DNA of 64,000 nucleotides from IMG/VR virus record IMGVR_UViG_3300018475_001835. One strand, written 5' to 3'. The notes below the pieces were generated by a model. The model saw nothing but the letters and a program-made list of their open reading frames with translations. It did not search any database and had not been told where the DNA came from. Shown here one piece after another: positions 10,010 to 20,968 of this stretch. Numbering within the stretch: position 1 is the first letter of the stretch; each line of letters begins with the position of its first letter. The stretch comes from an uncultured virus (IMG/VR IMGVR_UViG_3300018475_001835) (lineage: Duplodnaviria > Heunggongvirae > Uroviricota > Caudoviricetes). The position numbers and the translations under genes are program-made.

Positions 10010-10776
10010 TGGCTTACGAATATACAAAATTAAGTGAAGTAGAAATACTTGAATCTCCATCATCTCCTAATATTCTTGTTGAGGATAATGGTGAAATCGT
10101 GAGGGTTCCCTCATCTAATTTAACTACATCGGCTGCACAGGTGCAGGCTGACTGGAATGAGACTGACTCTGATAGCCCTGCTTTCATTCTTAATAAACCC
10201 GATTTAAGTTCATCTGGTGGTTCTGATTCTGGTGTTGAAACTATAAAATATTATTATGCTGGTCAATCAGATATAATAACTGTATATGCCGATGCTGATC
10301 ATACTACAATATTAGATAGCGGAAATCTCTACAATAATTTTATTTCAGGTAAAAGAGTAATACTTATAGGTGAAAGTAGCACTTCAGATGTATTATCAGT
10401 TAGATATTATCAAACAACTTTTTCATACCACGTATATGCAACAATGTATCAGCCTCATAAAAGTAGAATACTTGATCTTGATCTTGGTTCTACTGATATT
10501 CCATTGGGACAGATTTCTACTGGTGAAGTAGATACTAATACAGTTATATACACTGGAGATAGTAGTGGTAGTTGCTCATTTAACGGACATTCGCAAATTA
10601 ACCTTAGCGATCTGGTAGAAAATATTAATAATAATTCACGTATACTTATTAACTATTCAGATACAAATACAACTTGTAGTGTAATAGCAACTTATACATT
10701 ATCAAGCGGAACCTCAGCAAGTATGGTATTATTAGAACCTGGAACTACTAACCTGAAAACTGTTACTACAGAATAA
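10009..10776 (+). CDS. Fibre module protein
   Basis: KLSEVE...ILVEDNGEIVRVP; QADWNETD...FILNKP (shared with 7868). Confidence 0.65.
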   Translation: MAYEYTKLSEVEILESPSSPNILVEDNGEIVRVPSSNLTTSAAQVQADWNETDSDSPAFILNKPDLSSSGGSDSGVETIKYYYAGQSDIITVYADADHTTILDSGNLYNNFISGKRVILIGESSTSDVLSVRYYQTTFSYHVYATMYQPHKSRILDLDLGSTDIPLGQISTGEVDTNTVIYTGDSSGSCSFNGHSQINLSDLVENINNNSRILINYSDTNTTCSVIATYTLSSGTSASMVLLEPGTTNLKTVTTE

Positions 10777-10796
10777 TAAAATTGAGGTGATTTATT

Positions 10797-12107
10797 ATGG
10801 CAAACAACAACTTAATTACAGTTGATGTTTTGACTTCAGTATTAAGTGCTTATAAAGAGTCATTATCTAATAATGACTCTTTATATACAATCGTTGAACC
10901 TCAGGACGATGATGTTCCTATGGTGTTTATTACTGGTTCTATTCCCACATCAAAAACATATGTAAATGGTGAGATAGAATACATCTCCAAAACATCAACT
11001 TTTAAAGCATATACAAAAATTAGACTTCAAGGAAGTTCTACTTTATCTCTTCCTAAGAAAAATTATACTATTAAATTATTTAGTGATAATAATCGTAGTA
11101 AATCTTTAAATAAAGATTTTAGAGATTGGGGAGCTAATGATACATTCACACTCAAGGCAGATTATAATGATATTCTCCATGCAAGAAATGTTGTAAGTTC
11201 TAGACTTTGGGGTAAAGTGGTAGCTAGTAGAAGTGATTATGATTCGCTTCCTGAAGGATTAAAAAATAGCCCTAATAATGGAGCTGTTAATGGTTTTCCT
11301 GTAAAGGTTTATATTAACGGCGAATATATTGGATTATATAATTTTGTAACTCATAAAGATGCAAAATTATTTGGTATGAATGAAAATAATCCTAATCATG
11401 CCGTACTTCAAGCTGAATTTAATGATAATGGTAACAGTTCGGTGCAAAATAATCCATGCAATTTTAATACTAATTGGGATGGTACAGATAAATACTGGAG
11501 TATAGAAGTTGGTAATGATGCAGCATATATTAAAGATAGATTTTATGAATTATATGAAAATGTGCATGGTGCCTATATAAATAATACTCCTGACGCCATT
11601 ACAAGAAGTATAGATAAGCAGAGCTTGATAGATTATTATATCTTTCAGGATGTAATTTTAGGAACAGACGGTTTAGCTAAAAATATGCTTATAGTTACTT
11701 ATGATTTAGATAAATGGTTTTTAAGTGCTTATGACTTAGATTCTACTTTTGATTTATCTTGGGAAGGAAAATTACTTAATTCTGCTAAAGTGGCATTATA
11801 TGATAGTAATGTTATAAGAGATCCGTATTTAAATCATTATAGCATTCTTCCTAGAATTATTGGTAGATATTATTTTGAAGAATATGTAGAGAGATATATT
11901 GAACTCAGACAATCTGTATTAAGTGACTCTTCAATAATACAAGAATTTGAGAATTGCATCAATAATTATGGCGGAGAAGATGAGTATATTAAAGATACTA
12001 TAGCTAATCCTAATATTCCTTTAGTTACTACAAATACTTTACAGTATTTAAGAACCTTTATTAAAGAACATCTTGCATATTTAGATTCTATATATCTTAG
12101 TTATTAA
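10797..12107 (+). CDS. CotH-family (atypical) kinase
   Basis: LQGSSTL..PKKNY, LKADY.D..HARN, VNGFP, YIGLY, DGLAKN, YDLDSTF. Confidence 0.8.
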   Translation: MANNNLITVDVLTSVLSAYKESLSNNDSLYTIVEPQDDDVPMVFITGSIPTSKTYVNGEIEYISKTSTFKAYTKIRLQGSSTLSLPKKNYTIKLFSDNNRSKSLNKDFRDWGANDTFTLKADYNDILHARNVVSSRLWGKVVASRSDYDSLPEGLKNSPNNGAVNGFPVKVYINGEYIGLYNFVTHKDAKLFGMNENNPNHAVLQAEFNDNGNSSVQNNPCNFNTNWDGTDKYWSIEVGNDAAYIKDRFYELYENVHGAYINNTPDAITRSIDKQSLIDYYIFQDVILGTDGLAKNMLIVTYDLDKWFLSAYDLDSTFDLSWEGKLLNSAKVALYDSNVIRDPYLNHYSILPRIIGRYYFEEYVERYIELRQSVLSDSSIIQEFENCINNYGGEDEYIKDTIANPNIPLVTTNTLQYLRTFIKEHLAYLDSIYLSY

Positions 12108-12121
12108 AGGAGGGGATTTAA

Positions 12122-14665
12122 ATGGCTAAATATATTAAAACAGAAGAAGGATATAAGCTAGCCAGTGATTTTATTGGATCTGGCGGCGGTATCAAAGAGA
12201 TTGAATCTGTAAATGATATTACTGATGTAGGTATTTATAAAACTGACAAAGAAGTATATTCTGCTAGTTATGATAAAATAGAATCGTACGTCCCAGTAGC
12301 AAAGGGTTTAACCACAAAGGTTGGATTTAAGATTGAAACATATCCATCATCCTCAACTAGTAATTATATACAGCTTAGAGATTCAAAGTTGGGTACGGCA
12401 TGGATTGAAGTAGATGCTAACGGTATCTATATTACTGGAACTACGACATATAACGACGAGGATATGCATTATAGTGTATCAAGCAATAGTGAGATAACAC
12501 TTGATTCTACTCCTGTGGATGTTGATGGTGTAATTTATCCATCACTTAAATCTTTAGGTATAATATATTTTGAAGTCATCGATATAACGATGGAAACAGA
12601 TGCAGTAGTGCATATGTATGCAACCTCTACGTATTCTGATAGTCTTACTATTAATGAGATTAGAGGTGGTATGGGAATCGAAGGCGACAATTATAATTCT
12701 GAAATATTCAATGATCATTCAGAAGGAGCAGCCTTTGGCTCTTATGCACATTCAGAGGGTAGAACAACTCAGGCTGGCGCAAGAGCTTTTAGAGTACAAT
12801 CTATTGATTATTCCACCAGAACATTTACACTTGATAGCACATCAGGATTGAAAAAAGATATGTATTGGTCTGCTCAAATCTATAATGGTGCAACAGCATT
12901 AAATGTTAATAGATACAGCAAGATTGAATCTATAAGTGGTAATACTGTTACGGTTGTATCAATGCCTGATAATTTTAATACTACTATTGTACCAATAGAT
13001 GAGGTGCTTGATGGATTTGATAATGAAAATAATATTTTCTTCACTCCAGATAATCCTAAATTGGGAACACGTAATATAGGTTCTGCAGCACATTCTGAAG
13101 GTAGAAATACAGTAGCAGCTAGAAAAAATGCCCATGCGGAGGGTAATAAGTCAAAAGCCCTTGGACACTCTTCTCATGCTGAAAATACAAGTACAGTTTA
13201 TGGTACTTATGCTCATGGTGAAGGTTCAAGTTATGTATATGGAAACTATGCTCACGGTGAAGGTGTAGATACATATGCTGTTGGTGAAGCATCTCATGCT
13301 CAAGGAAGAAAAAACATTGCATATAGCTATGACTGCTATGCAGGTGGAGGAAGTTCTGTTGGGTACACACACTTATTAAACAAGGGTCTTAATCCAACAG
13401 ATAAAGATTCATGGACACAATTATGGACTAACGAAGAGCGTGATAGTTTAGAATTATTTAATGCAGCAGTAGGAAATAACTCATTTACTCAAGGTTCAAA
13501 TAACTTAGTAACTGGTTTACGTGGTTCAGCCTTAGGTAAACAAAATCATGTTAGCGGTCAGGATGCAGTGGCAGTAGGTAGTTACAATACTGCAGCTGGT
13601 ATGCATTCAGGTGCATTTGGTTATTCAAATGAAGTTAATACTGGTGAGTCTTTTGTAATAGGCCACTCTAATATTGTTAAATCGCCTTACAGATCTATTG
13701 CGATTGGTAATGGTAATGAACTTGTTTCGGCTACAACAGAAGGTACTATTATTCTTGGTCGTTATGGTTCAGACGTAGAACATCCTGAAGCTATTTTTCT
13801 TATAGGTAATGGTACTGCATCTAAGAAATCTAGTATTTTTGGTATTACTTCTAATAATGGTTTATTTCATGGTCCTGCTACTATAGTTACAGGACAATAT
13901 TCTGGTGCATTAGGTTATACCAATAACGTTACAGGTGCACAAGCGTTTGCTATAGGTCATACTAATATAGTAGATCAGCATAAGGGTATTGCATTAGGTT
14001 TAGGTAATACATTATCTAATGTTGCAGGTGATGTTAGTAGAGCTGTTGTGGGTTATTATAATGATGATACTAACAAACCTTTATTTGCAGTTGGTAATGG
14101 TACTATCACCAAAGATAAAGAAACAGGTGAAATAACTAAATATAATCGTAGTAATGCTTTAGAATTAACTACCGCTGGAGAATTAAAAATTTCACGTTTG
14201 AATTCTGGTACTCATAGCACTAATACTGTATCAGGTACTGGAGTTGGTGTTATTGGCGCAAAAAACAATGTATCTAAAAATTACAGCACTGCAATAGGAT
14301 ACAATAATAAAATAACCGCAGGAGATACTCATTTTGTAGTTGGACACACAAATCAAATTGTAGCTGGATATAAACACGTAGCTCTTGGATTAGGAAATAA
14401 AATTGGTAACAAGGGAGCCGGAGTACAGGGTAGAGTTGCTGTTGGTCATTGGAATGATGATACTAATCAACCTATATTTGCAGTAGGTAATGGTACAGGT
14501 ACTATTGATGTTAATGGCGAAATTACCAGCGAAAATCGCAGTAATGCCTTTGCAGTATTTGATGATGGTACCATTAAAGCTCATAAAAATGCTACAGTAG
14601 ATTTAGAAATAACTTATACAGATGGAACAAAATCCACATACCATTTAGTGAAGTCGGAGGTGTAA
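12122..14665 (+). CDS. YadA-head-like (trimeric beta-roll) adhesin/fibre protein
   Basis: Many (S/A)HAEG..T.A.G repeats and G..N.V.G..A.A.G repeats; duplicated FAVGNGT...NRSNA blocks. Confidence 0.8.
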   Translation: MAKYIKTEEGYKLASDFIGSGGGIKEIESVNDITDVGIYKTDKEVYSASYDKIESYVPVAKGLTTKVGFKIETYPSSSTSNYIQLRDSKLGTAWIEVDANGIYITGTTTYNDEDMHYSVSSNSEITLDSTPVDVDGVIYPSLKSLGIIYFEVIDITMETDAVVHMYATSTYSDSLTINEIRGGMGIEGDNYNSEIFNDHSEGAAFGSYAHSEGRTTQAGARAFRVQSIDYSTRTFTLDSTSGLKKDMYWSAQIYNGATALNVNRYSKIESISGNTVTVVSMPDNFNTTIVPIDEVLDGFDNENNIFFTPDNPKLGTRNIGSAAHSEGRNTVAARKNAHAEGNKSKALGHSSHAENTSTVYGTYAHGEGSSYVYGNYAHGEGVDTYAVGEASHAQGRKNIAYSYDCYAGGGSSVGYTHLLNKGLNPTDKDSWTQLWTNEERDSLELFNAAVGNNSFTQGSNNLVTGLRGSALGKQNHVSGQDAVAVGSYNTAAGMHSGAFGYSNEVNTGESFVIGHSNIVKSPYRSIAIGNGNELVSATTEGTIILGRYGSDVEHPEAIFLIGNGTASKKSSIFGITSNNGLFHGPATIVTGQYSGALGYTNNVTGAQAFAIGHTNIVDQHKGIALGLGNTLSNVAGDVSRAVVGYYNDDTNKPLFAVGNGTITKDKETGEITKYNRSNALELTTAGELKISRLNSGTHSTNTVSGTGVGVIGAKNNVSKNYSTAIGYNNKITAGDTHFVVGHTNQIVAGYKHVALGLGNKIGNKGAGVQGRVAVGHWNDDTNQPIFAVGNGTGTIDVNGEITSENRSNAFAVFDDGTIKAHKNATVDLEITYTDGTKSTYHLVKSEV

Positions 14666-14671
14666 TAGCCT

Positions 14672-16411
14672 ATGGCGCATGCTTATCCTAAGAGTTATCT
14701 AGAATATGGTACGAGCACCACTTTCATGCCAGACGATAGTTATGACTATATTGATTTTAAAATTGAAATTGATGATTTTTCATATAATTGTGGAAGCGGT
14801 AGTGGTGGTACTATTTATGTAACACCTAATGTTTATGTAGAAGAACTTGGTAGTGGAATTTGTATTAATAATTTTAATTCTAAAAGAGAGCAAACGGTAA
14901 TAAATTTTACAGCTTATCGTAATGGATCACATCTAAAGTCTATGACGATAACTCTGGCTGCAAATCCAGATGGTTATTTAGATGAAGACTTTTCTTTATA
15001 TGATACAAGTATAGATTATTTAAATACTAAAAGTATTTTTTATTTAAATAATACAGATATTTCTTTAAGTAAATTAGAAATTAAATTTGTTGATAGATTT
15101 ACTAATGTATTAAGCAGCGGAAATGGTGTAATATATGAAGATGAAGACTTTACTGTTGAAAATGCAACTGGAAAGACTTTAGAAGTTACTAATAGAAATG
15201 AATCAACTCAAGATAAAAATATAACTGTAGAGCTTTATTATTATAGTGACAATGGTAAAATTCTAATAAATACAGCGACTTTAACATTGTCTGCTAATCA
15301 AAGTGGTAATGAACCATCAAATCCTTCTGATCCGTCAGATCCTTCTAACATATCAAGTGTTTTATTTGGTGGTAAAGATTTAACTAACGCATTATCTTTA
15401 AAACTTAATAATAAATCTGTAGCTAGTATTAAATTAGGCGGAGTTGTAATTTGGCCTTTAGTAAATACCAATTATGTAGCATCATTTTATAAAATAGAAA
15501 CATATGGTGCTTCTAGTTCATATAATGAAACTACTAAAACTCTGTCACTTATATATGGAGAATCAACTATTAAAATTTATTTCAGTGGTAACTTACCAGA
15601 ATATAATAGCATAAATTCAATATCGGATTTCTGTACAATTACTGCTTCGCCTTCTAATTTACTTAATCATATTGAATTTATACCTGAAGAAACCAATTGT
15701 TATAATATTTTAAATTATAATACTACTATAGATGATATATCTGGTACTTTATATTTCAACTTCAATCATCCAGATTACGAACCAAATATTTTAAGTTTAA
15801 ATATAGTTGCAAAAGCAAGAACCCTAGTTAAAATATCTAAACCTACTTTAACCCGCTCAGATATATTTGAATACACAGGAAGCGTTATAAATATTGCCGA
15901 TTATTATTCTGAAGAGGTTAAGAATACAGTGGATATAACTGGAAGATGTGAAGGAACCAGTCCAGGCGGTTATACTTACTATATAACACCAAAGGATGGT
16001 TATTGTTGGGAAGATGGTAGTACATCCCCAATAACGCAGTCTTTTGTAATACAAGAACCACATTATAATTATACTTTAACCTACGTACTTAATGATAACA
16101 GTGCAGACTTCTATTGGGATACTAATGATCCAAATCCTGGAACACCAGAAATATCAGCTTCCTTAGTAAGTGATTTTGATGTTTGGGATATAGGCTCAGC
16201 TGATATACAAGTTAATGGAAACTATGTAATGGCTTACAAATCAAGTGATGCTTGGGTGGAAGATGATTATGGTTCAGGCGCTTTAGATACTCCAAGCGGT
16301 CATTATAATACAGATCCAATGTATAATGTAGGAATTGAAGTGCGTGCAACTGATCCGAATGGAGGATCTCATGCAGAAACTATCTATTTAACTGCATATA
16401 GCACAAGATAG
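14672..16411 (+). CDS. Multidomain beta-rich surface protein
   Basis: PSNPSDPSDPS linker; KPT..FEYTG...ITPKDGYCWEDGS Ig/MBG-like module. Confidence 0.6.
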   Translation: MAHAYPKSYLEYGTSTTFMPDDSYDYIDFKIEIDDFSYNCGSGSGGTIYVTPNVYVEELGSGICINNFNSKREQTVINFTAYRNGSHLKSMTITLAANPDGYLDEDFSLYDTSIDYLNTKSIFYLNNTDISLSKLEIKFVDRFTNVLSSGNGVIYEDEDFTVENATGKTLEVTNRNESTQDKNITVELYYYSDNGKILINTATLTLSANQSGNEPSNPSDPSDPSNISSVLFGGKDLTNALSLKLNNKSVASIKLGGVVIWPLVNTNYVASFYKIETYGASSSYNETTKTLSLIYGESTIKIYFSGNLPEYNSINSISDFCTITASPSNLLNHIEFIPEETNCYNILNYNTTIDDISGTLYFNFNHPDYEPNILSLNIVAKARTLVKISKPTLTRSDIFEYTGSVINIADYYSEEVKNTVDITGRCEGTSPGGYTYYITPKDGYCWEDGSTSPITQSFVIQEPHYNYTLTYVLNDNSADFYWDTNDPNPGTPEISASLVSDFDVWDIGSADIQVNGNYVMAYKSSDAWVEDDYGSGALDTPSGHYNTDPMYNVGIEVRATDPNGGSHAETIYLTAYSTR

Positions 16412-16421
16412 ATTAATTAAT

Positions 16422-16456
16422 ATACTAAGATGGGTAATTTAAACCCATCTTAGTAT
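16422..16456 (+). terminator. Terminator-like hairpin
   Basis: atactaagatgggt-aatttaa-acccatcttagtat, 14-bp stem. Confidence 0.75.
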
Positions 16457-16487
16457 TATAAAAATATATAAAGGAGGTCTTTATACA

Positions 16488-19400
16488 ATGGGAATATTAA
16501 AAGTTAAAGATAAAGATGGAAATATAGTAAATCTTCCTGCAATTGGTAGTTCTATTAGTCATAAATGGAATGGTACAAAATTAACAGTGACTTCTAGTAG
16601 TGGCACAACAACTACTGATCTTCAAGGCGCACCTGGTAAAAATGGTAATGATTATGTTATAACTAGTGCTGATAAAGAAGAAATAGCTGGTATGGTTCAA
16701 CGTTCGGTTGAAGAAGGAATTCCTAGTTATATTTTAGAATCAGCAGAAGATTTTGCTCATAAAGTACAAAGCAGACAAAGTGGAGATAGCTTTACTTTTG
16801 CGTTTTTAAGTGATGCACATATAACAAAAAGTAGACCATATACTATTACATCTGCTTTGCATGCAAAACAAGCTTTACAAATAATCAATAAGCGCATACC
16901 TTTAGATTTTATTATACATGGTGGCGATTATACTTGGGGAGAGGATTCCGAAGATAAAAATACAACCTATGATGATTTTGAATTATATCAAGAATTAATT
17001 GGTTCAGCCATACCAAATGTGCCAAATATTCATGTTATTGGTAATCATGATGATTTACCATATCAGCCAACAGGAAAAAGATTAACACAATCAGAAACTT
17101 TTGGTATTATCGGAAGAAAAAATTTATTAGCAAATGCCGTTTGTAATATGGGTAAAAACTATGGTTATGTAGATATAGATAATAGAAAAATAAGAATTAT
17201 ATATCTTGACACAGAAGATAAAAGATGTTTAAAAACCCCAGATGCTGCCAATGGAGAACATCCGGACAATAAATATTATTTTTTAAATATACATCATATA
17301 TCTAAAGAACAGCTTGATTTTATAGCATCTAATGCATTAAATTTTGAAAGTAAGCTTCCTATTAAACCAGATGAAACAGATACAGAAGCAACAAAAAAAT
17401 GGGATGAAGAATGCAAAAAAGAATTAGATAAATGGAGCATACTTTTTGTTTCGCATTGGGGTATAAATGGCCATGGGTATGATTGGTGGAAATATCCAAG
17501 AATTGGTACAAATGCAGATGGTAATCCTATATATGATGATTTTAGATGTAATATAGGTACAATCGGTAAAATGTTAGAAGCATATAAAAGAGGTAAAAGC
17601 TTTAAAGATGATATAGAACACATGAATGATGATGGTACATCTACATTAAAAAGTGCATCTTATGATTTTAGTGATAGAATTTATAGGGTACAAAATATTT
17701 TTGCCGCACATGGTGATTCACATAATATTGATCATGAATTAATAACAGGTGAAGTATTATCTATTGGTATTCCTAATGTTGTAAATGGTAGAGAAACTGT
17801 TAGTAGGGATGGAGTTAAATATACCAAAACTGCAGATACTGAAAATGGTACAGCATTTACTATTATTACTATAGATAGAGAAAATCAAAAAGTTTATGCT
17901 GATTGTTATGGCGCTGGCTATGATATGGAATTTAATAGTAATAGCATATTAGATATGGCCGGTATAATGAAAGATAAATATTTAGCATATCCATGGAATG
18001 ATGTAGTGCAAGAAGATGGATCAATTAAAAAAGTTACACGTGTTGATATATATGATAAACCAGGATATAAAACTACTAATTATATACCTTTCCAACCTGG
18101 TGATGTTTTAAGAATTAAAGGTATTTCTATTAAAGACGATCTTGATAGAATTAATTTTTATAAATCTTATAACACTGCAAGTGTTAATGCACCAATATCG
18201 CATGTTACTGGACCAAATAGTTTAAAAAATCAGTTTTTTGAAGTAACTATTAGTGAGGATGGATATTCTTGCGAAATTCTATTATCAAATTCAGATAGTA
18301 GTTTTAAAAATAATGCACGCTATTTACGTATATGCTCTAGCGATATTAAAGATGATGCCATTATCACAATAAATAAAGAAATTACAGGATCTGAAGTTCC
18401 AGAAATTCCTGAAGACTCAACTACTGAAGAGCCTGAAAATCCTACTCCAGATGATACTAATACTATTTACTATACTACAGAAGGTATGCTTAGTAAGAGC
18501 AAAAATATTGGTTATATAAAGGGTTATTATTTAGGTGAAGGCGGTGGAGATGCTGATGCTCAATTAGCAATACCAGAAAATAATGCAACTTATTATGTAA
18601 CTGGTTTTATTCCTTGCGTACAAAATGATGTATTGAGAATTAAAGGTATTACTTTTGATGATGCTTTAGATAGAATAGCTTTATATGGTAAAGATACAGA
18701 TGGTAATTATATACCACTAAAACGTAGTTCTGGAGAGTATGATGCTATTTTTGCTCTTAATAAAGATGAAAATGATAACTATATAGATAATGGATTATTT
18801 AACACTTATAGTATTACTCCAAACGTAGAGAATGATATTATTACTATTGCTTTTAATGCGCCTACAGATATAGCAGCTGTACGTATTTGTGCAAGTTTAA
18901 TTAATAATAATTCTACCGTAACTATCAATGAAAATATTGGTATAACTTATTATACCGAAGAAGGTATACTCAGTAAGAGTAACAATATAGGTTATAAACA
19001 AGGATATAGATTAGTAGATACTAAAGCTGGAAACCCTGAAGATTATGTAGATACTAATTATTTTGTAACAGGCTATATTCCTGTATCAAAAGGTGATAGT
19101 ATTGTAATCAAGGGCATTAGTTTTAGCTCAGCTAATGATAGACTTGTTTGTTATACAGAAGAAAATGGTACTTATACTCGTCTTACTAGAACTTCAGATG
19201 GAAAAACTGTAGATGTTATTCTTCAGGCAAATGACTCTAATGGTATAGCAAGACACTTCGGTACAATGAAAACTGAAACTATTGACGGTGCTTCAGTTAT
19301 AACTATACGCGTCACAGAAGGTAGCGAAGCTACTTCTAAGGGAGTAGAGTATATTCGTATTTGTTCATCAAGCATTAATAATACTTCTGTTATTACAGTT

Positions 19401-19862
19401 GCCCAGCCTCCTGTTCTTTATACCAACGAAGGTATACTTAGTGAGAGCAATAATATTGGATATAAATATGGTTATACGTTAGTTAATACTAAAAATAATA
19501 GCAATGATGAAGATTATATAGATGATACTCATTATATAACAGGTTATATCCCTTGTGTGAAAGGTAATACTATAACACTCAAAAATATTAGTTTCAGTGA
19601 ATCTAGTGAAAGAATAGTTTGTTATACAGAAGAAAATGGCGTTTATACTCGTCTTTCACGTAGTACTGAATCTGATGCTATTATTTACGCAAATGATGAT
19701 GGTGCTATAACAGGACATCTTGGTACTATTAGCAGAGATATAGATAATAATACTGTAACTATAAATGTTACAGGTGGTACAAATGGAACAACTAATTCAG
19801 TAGAGTATATCCGTATCTGCTCAAAGGATATTAATGAAAATTCTATTATAACTATTAATTAA
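16488..19862 (+). CDS. Fibre-anchored calcineurin-like metallophosphoesterase with four tandem C-terminal beta domains
   Basis: FLSDAH, HGGDY, GNHDD, SH, HGDSH motifs; four repeats T.(Y/F)IP......I..I......RI/L..Y......RIC...I.....ITI/V. Confidence 0.8.
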   Translation: MGILKVKDKDGNIVNLPAIGSSISHKWNGTKLTVTSSSGTTTTDLQGAPGKNGNDYVITSADKEEIAGMVQRSVEEGIPSYILESAEDFAHKVQSRQSGDSFTFAFLSDAHITKSRPYTITSALHAKQALQIINKRIPLDFIIHGGDYTWGEDSEDKNTTYDDFELYQELIGSAIPNVPNIHVIGNHDDLPYQPTGKRLTQSETFGIIGRKNLLANAVCNMGKNYGYVDIDNRKIRIIYLDTEDKRCLKTPDAANGEHPDNKYYFLNIHHISKEQLDFIASNALNFESKLPIKPDETDTEATKKWDEECKKELDKWSILFVSHWGINGHGYDWWKYPRIGTNADGNPIYDDFRCNIGTIGKMLEAYKRGKSFKDDIEHMNDDGTSTLKSASYDFSDRIYRVQNIFAAHGDSHNIDHELITGEVLSIGIPNVVNGRETVSRDGVKYTKTADTENGTAFTIITIDRENQKVYADCYGAGYDMEFNSNSILDMAGIMKDKYLAYPWNDVVQEDGSIKKVTRVDIYDKPGYKTTNYIPFQPGDVLRIKGISIKDDLDRINFYKSYNTASVNAPISHVTGPNSLKNQFFEVTISEDGYSCEILLSNSDSSFKNNARYLRICSSDIKDDAIITINKEITGSEVPEIPEDSTTEEPENPTPDDTNTIYYTTEGMLSKSKNIGYIKGYYLGEGGGDADAQLAIPENNATYYVTGFIPCVQNDVLRIKGITFDDALDRIALYGKDTDGNYIPLKRSSGEYDAIFALNKDENDNYIDNGLFNTYSITPNVENDIITIAFNAPTDIAAVRICASLINNNSTVTINENIGITYYTEEGILSKSNNIGYKQGYRLVDTKAGNPEDYVDTNYFVTGYIPVSKGDSIVIKGISFSSANDRLVCYTEENGTYTRLTRTSDGKTVDVILQANDSNGIARHFGTMKTETIDGASVITIRVTEGSEATSKGVEYIRICSSSINNTSVITVAQPPVLYTNEGILSESNNIGYKYGYTLVNTKNNSNDEDYIDDTHYITGYIPCVKGNTITLKNISFSESSERIVCYTEENGVYTRLSRSTESDAIIYANDDGAITGHLGTISRDIDNNTVTINVTGGTNGTTNSVEYIRICSKDINENSIITIN

Positions 19863-19909
19863 TATATTATTTAATAATATATTTAAATAATAAAAGGAGT
19901 TGAATAATA

Positions 19910-20896
19910 ATGACTAATTTACCTATTAGCGGTGAATTCAAAGTAACTGCAACATTTGGACAGCAAGGAAAATACTGGGCCAATGGCCATAAAGGTTTAG
20001 ATATTGTTTGTTCGAATAAAAAAATCTATGCGACATGTGATGGTACAGTTCGTGTAGTTGCTTATGATGCAAATGGTTGGGGGCAGTATGTATCTATTGG
20101 CGACGATAAAGGCAATAAACATCTTTTCTGCCATTTAGTAAAAGGTAGCGTAAAGGTAGTGGAAGGACAGAAAGTATCACGTACAACTGTTCTTGGTACA
20201 ATGGGCACTACTGGTAATAGTACAGGCGTACATCTTCATTATCAGATTAATAACTCTAATAATACACCTATTAACCCATGTGATCATTTAGGTATTCCTA
20301 ATGCTAAAGGTACTTATAATAGCAAAGATTTTCAGATCAGAGAATTATATAAAGATGATAAGAAGATTGCTTCTTGGGCTAAAGACGCTGTTTATAATCT
20401 TAAAGAAGTAAAGATTATGAATGGAGATACAGTTGGCAATTTTAATCCAACTAATAATATTACAAGACAGGAAATGGCTGTATTAGTTAATAGTTTATGT
20501 ACTGTTAAAGGATATGCCTTCCCAGCTTCAACTGATCCTAATGCGTCTAAAAAATACGAAGACGATGCTACTATTGCAAGCTGGGCTAAGAAAGCTATAT
20601 ATGAATTAAAGAAAAAGAAACTCATGTCAGGTGATGGTACTAACTTTAATCCTAAAGCTAATATTACCCGTCAGGAAGCAGCAGTGCTTATTAATAATAT
20701 TTATGCAAAACCAAATGCAGAAGCAGCAAAGTATGCTGATGATTCAAAGATTGCAAAATGGGCAAAAACAGCAGTTTATAATCTTAAACAAGCTGGTATA
20801 ATGTCAGGTAAAGGATTTAATAAATTTGATCCTACAGGATATCTTACCAGACAGGAAGCTGCTGTACTTGTATCAGGTCTTATTAAGAAAAAATAA
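19910..20896 (+). CDS. M23 metallopeptidase with three SLH domains (lysin)
   Basis: HKGLD, HL, GNSTGVHLHY; 3x DD..IA.WAK.A.Y.L....M.G...F.P....TRQE.AVL. Confidence 0.9.
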   Translation: MTNLPISGEFKVTATFGQQGKYWANGHKGLDIVCSNKKIYATCDGTVRVVAYDANGWGQYVSIGDDKGNKHLFCHLVKGSVKVVEGQKVSRTTVLGTMGTTGNSTGVHLHYQINNSNNTPINPCDHLGIPNAKGTYNSKDFQIRELYKDDKKIASWAKDAVYNLKEVKIMNGDTVGNFNPTNNITRQEMAVLVNSLCTVKGYAFPASTDPNASKKYEDDATIASWAKKAIYELKKKKLMSGDGTNFNPKANITRQEAAVLINNIYAKPNAEAAKYADDSKIAKWAKTAVYNLKQAGIMSGKGFNKFDPTGYLTRQEAAVLVSGLIKKK

Positions 20897-20903
20897 TATT
20901 ATT

Positions 20904-20927
20904 GGGGATGGTTTAATTACCATCCCC
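20904..20927 (+). terminator. Intrinsic terminator
   Basis: ggggatggt-ttaatt-accatcccc followed by a T-rich tract. Confidence 0.8.
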
Positions 20928-20968
20928 TTATTATTTTTAAATATATTTTATGAAAGAAGGTATGAATA

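Noticed and set aside
539..16411. Diversity-generating retroelement suggested by Mtd_N-like domains
   Set aside because: No reverse transcriptase and no template/variable repeat pair differing at adenines seen in the window; Mtd_N is only a structural N-terminal module.
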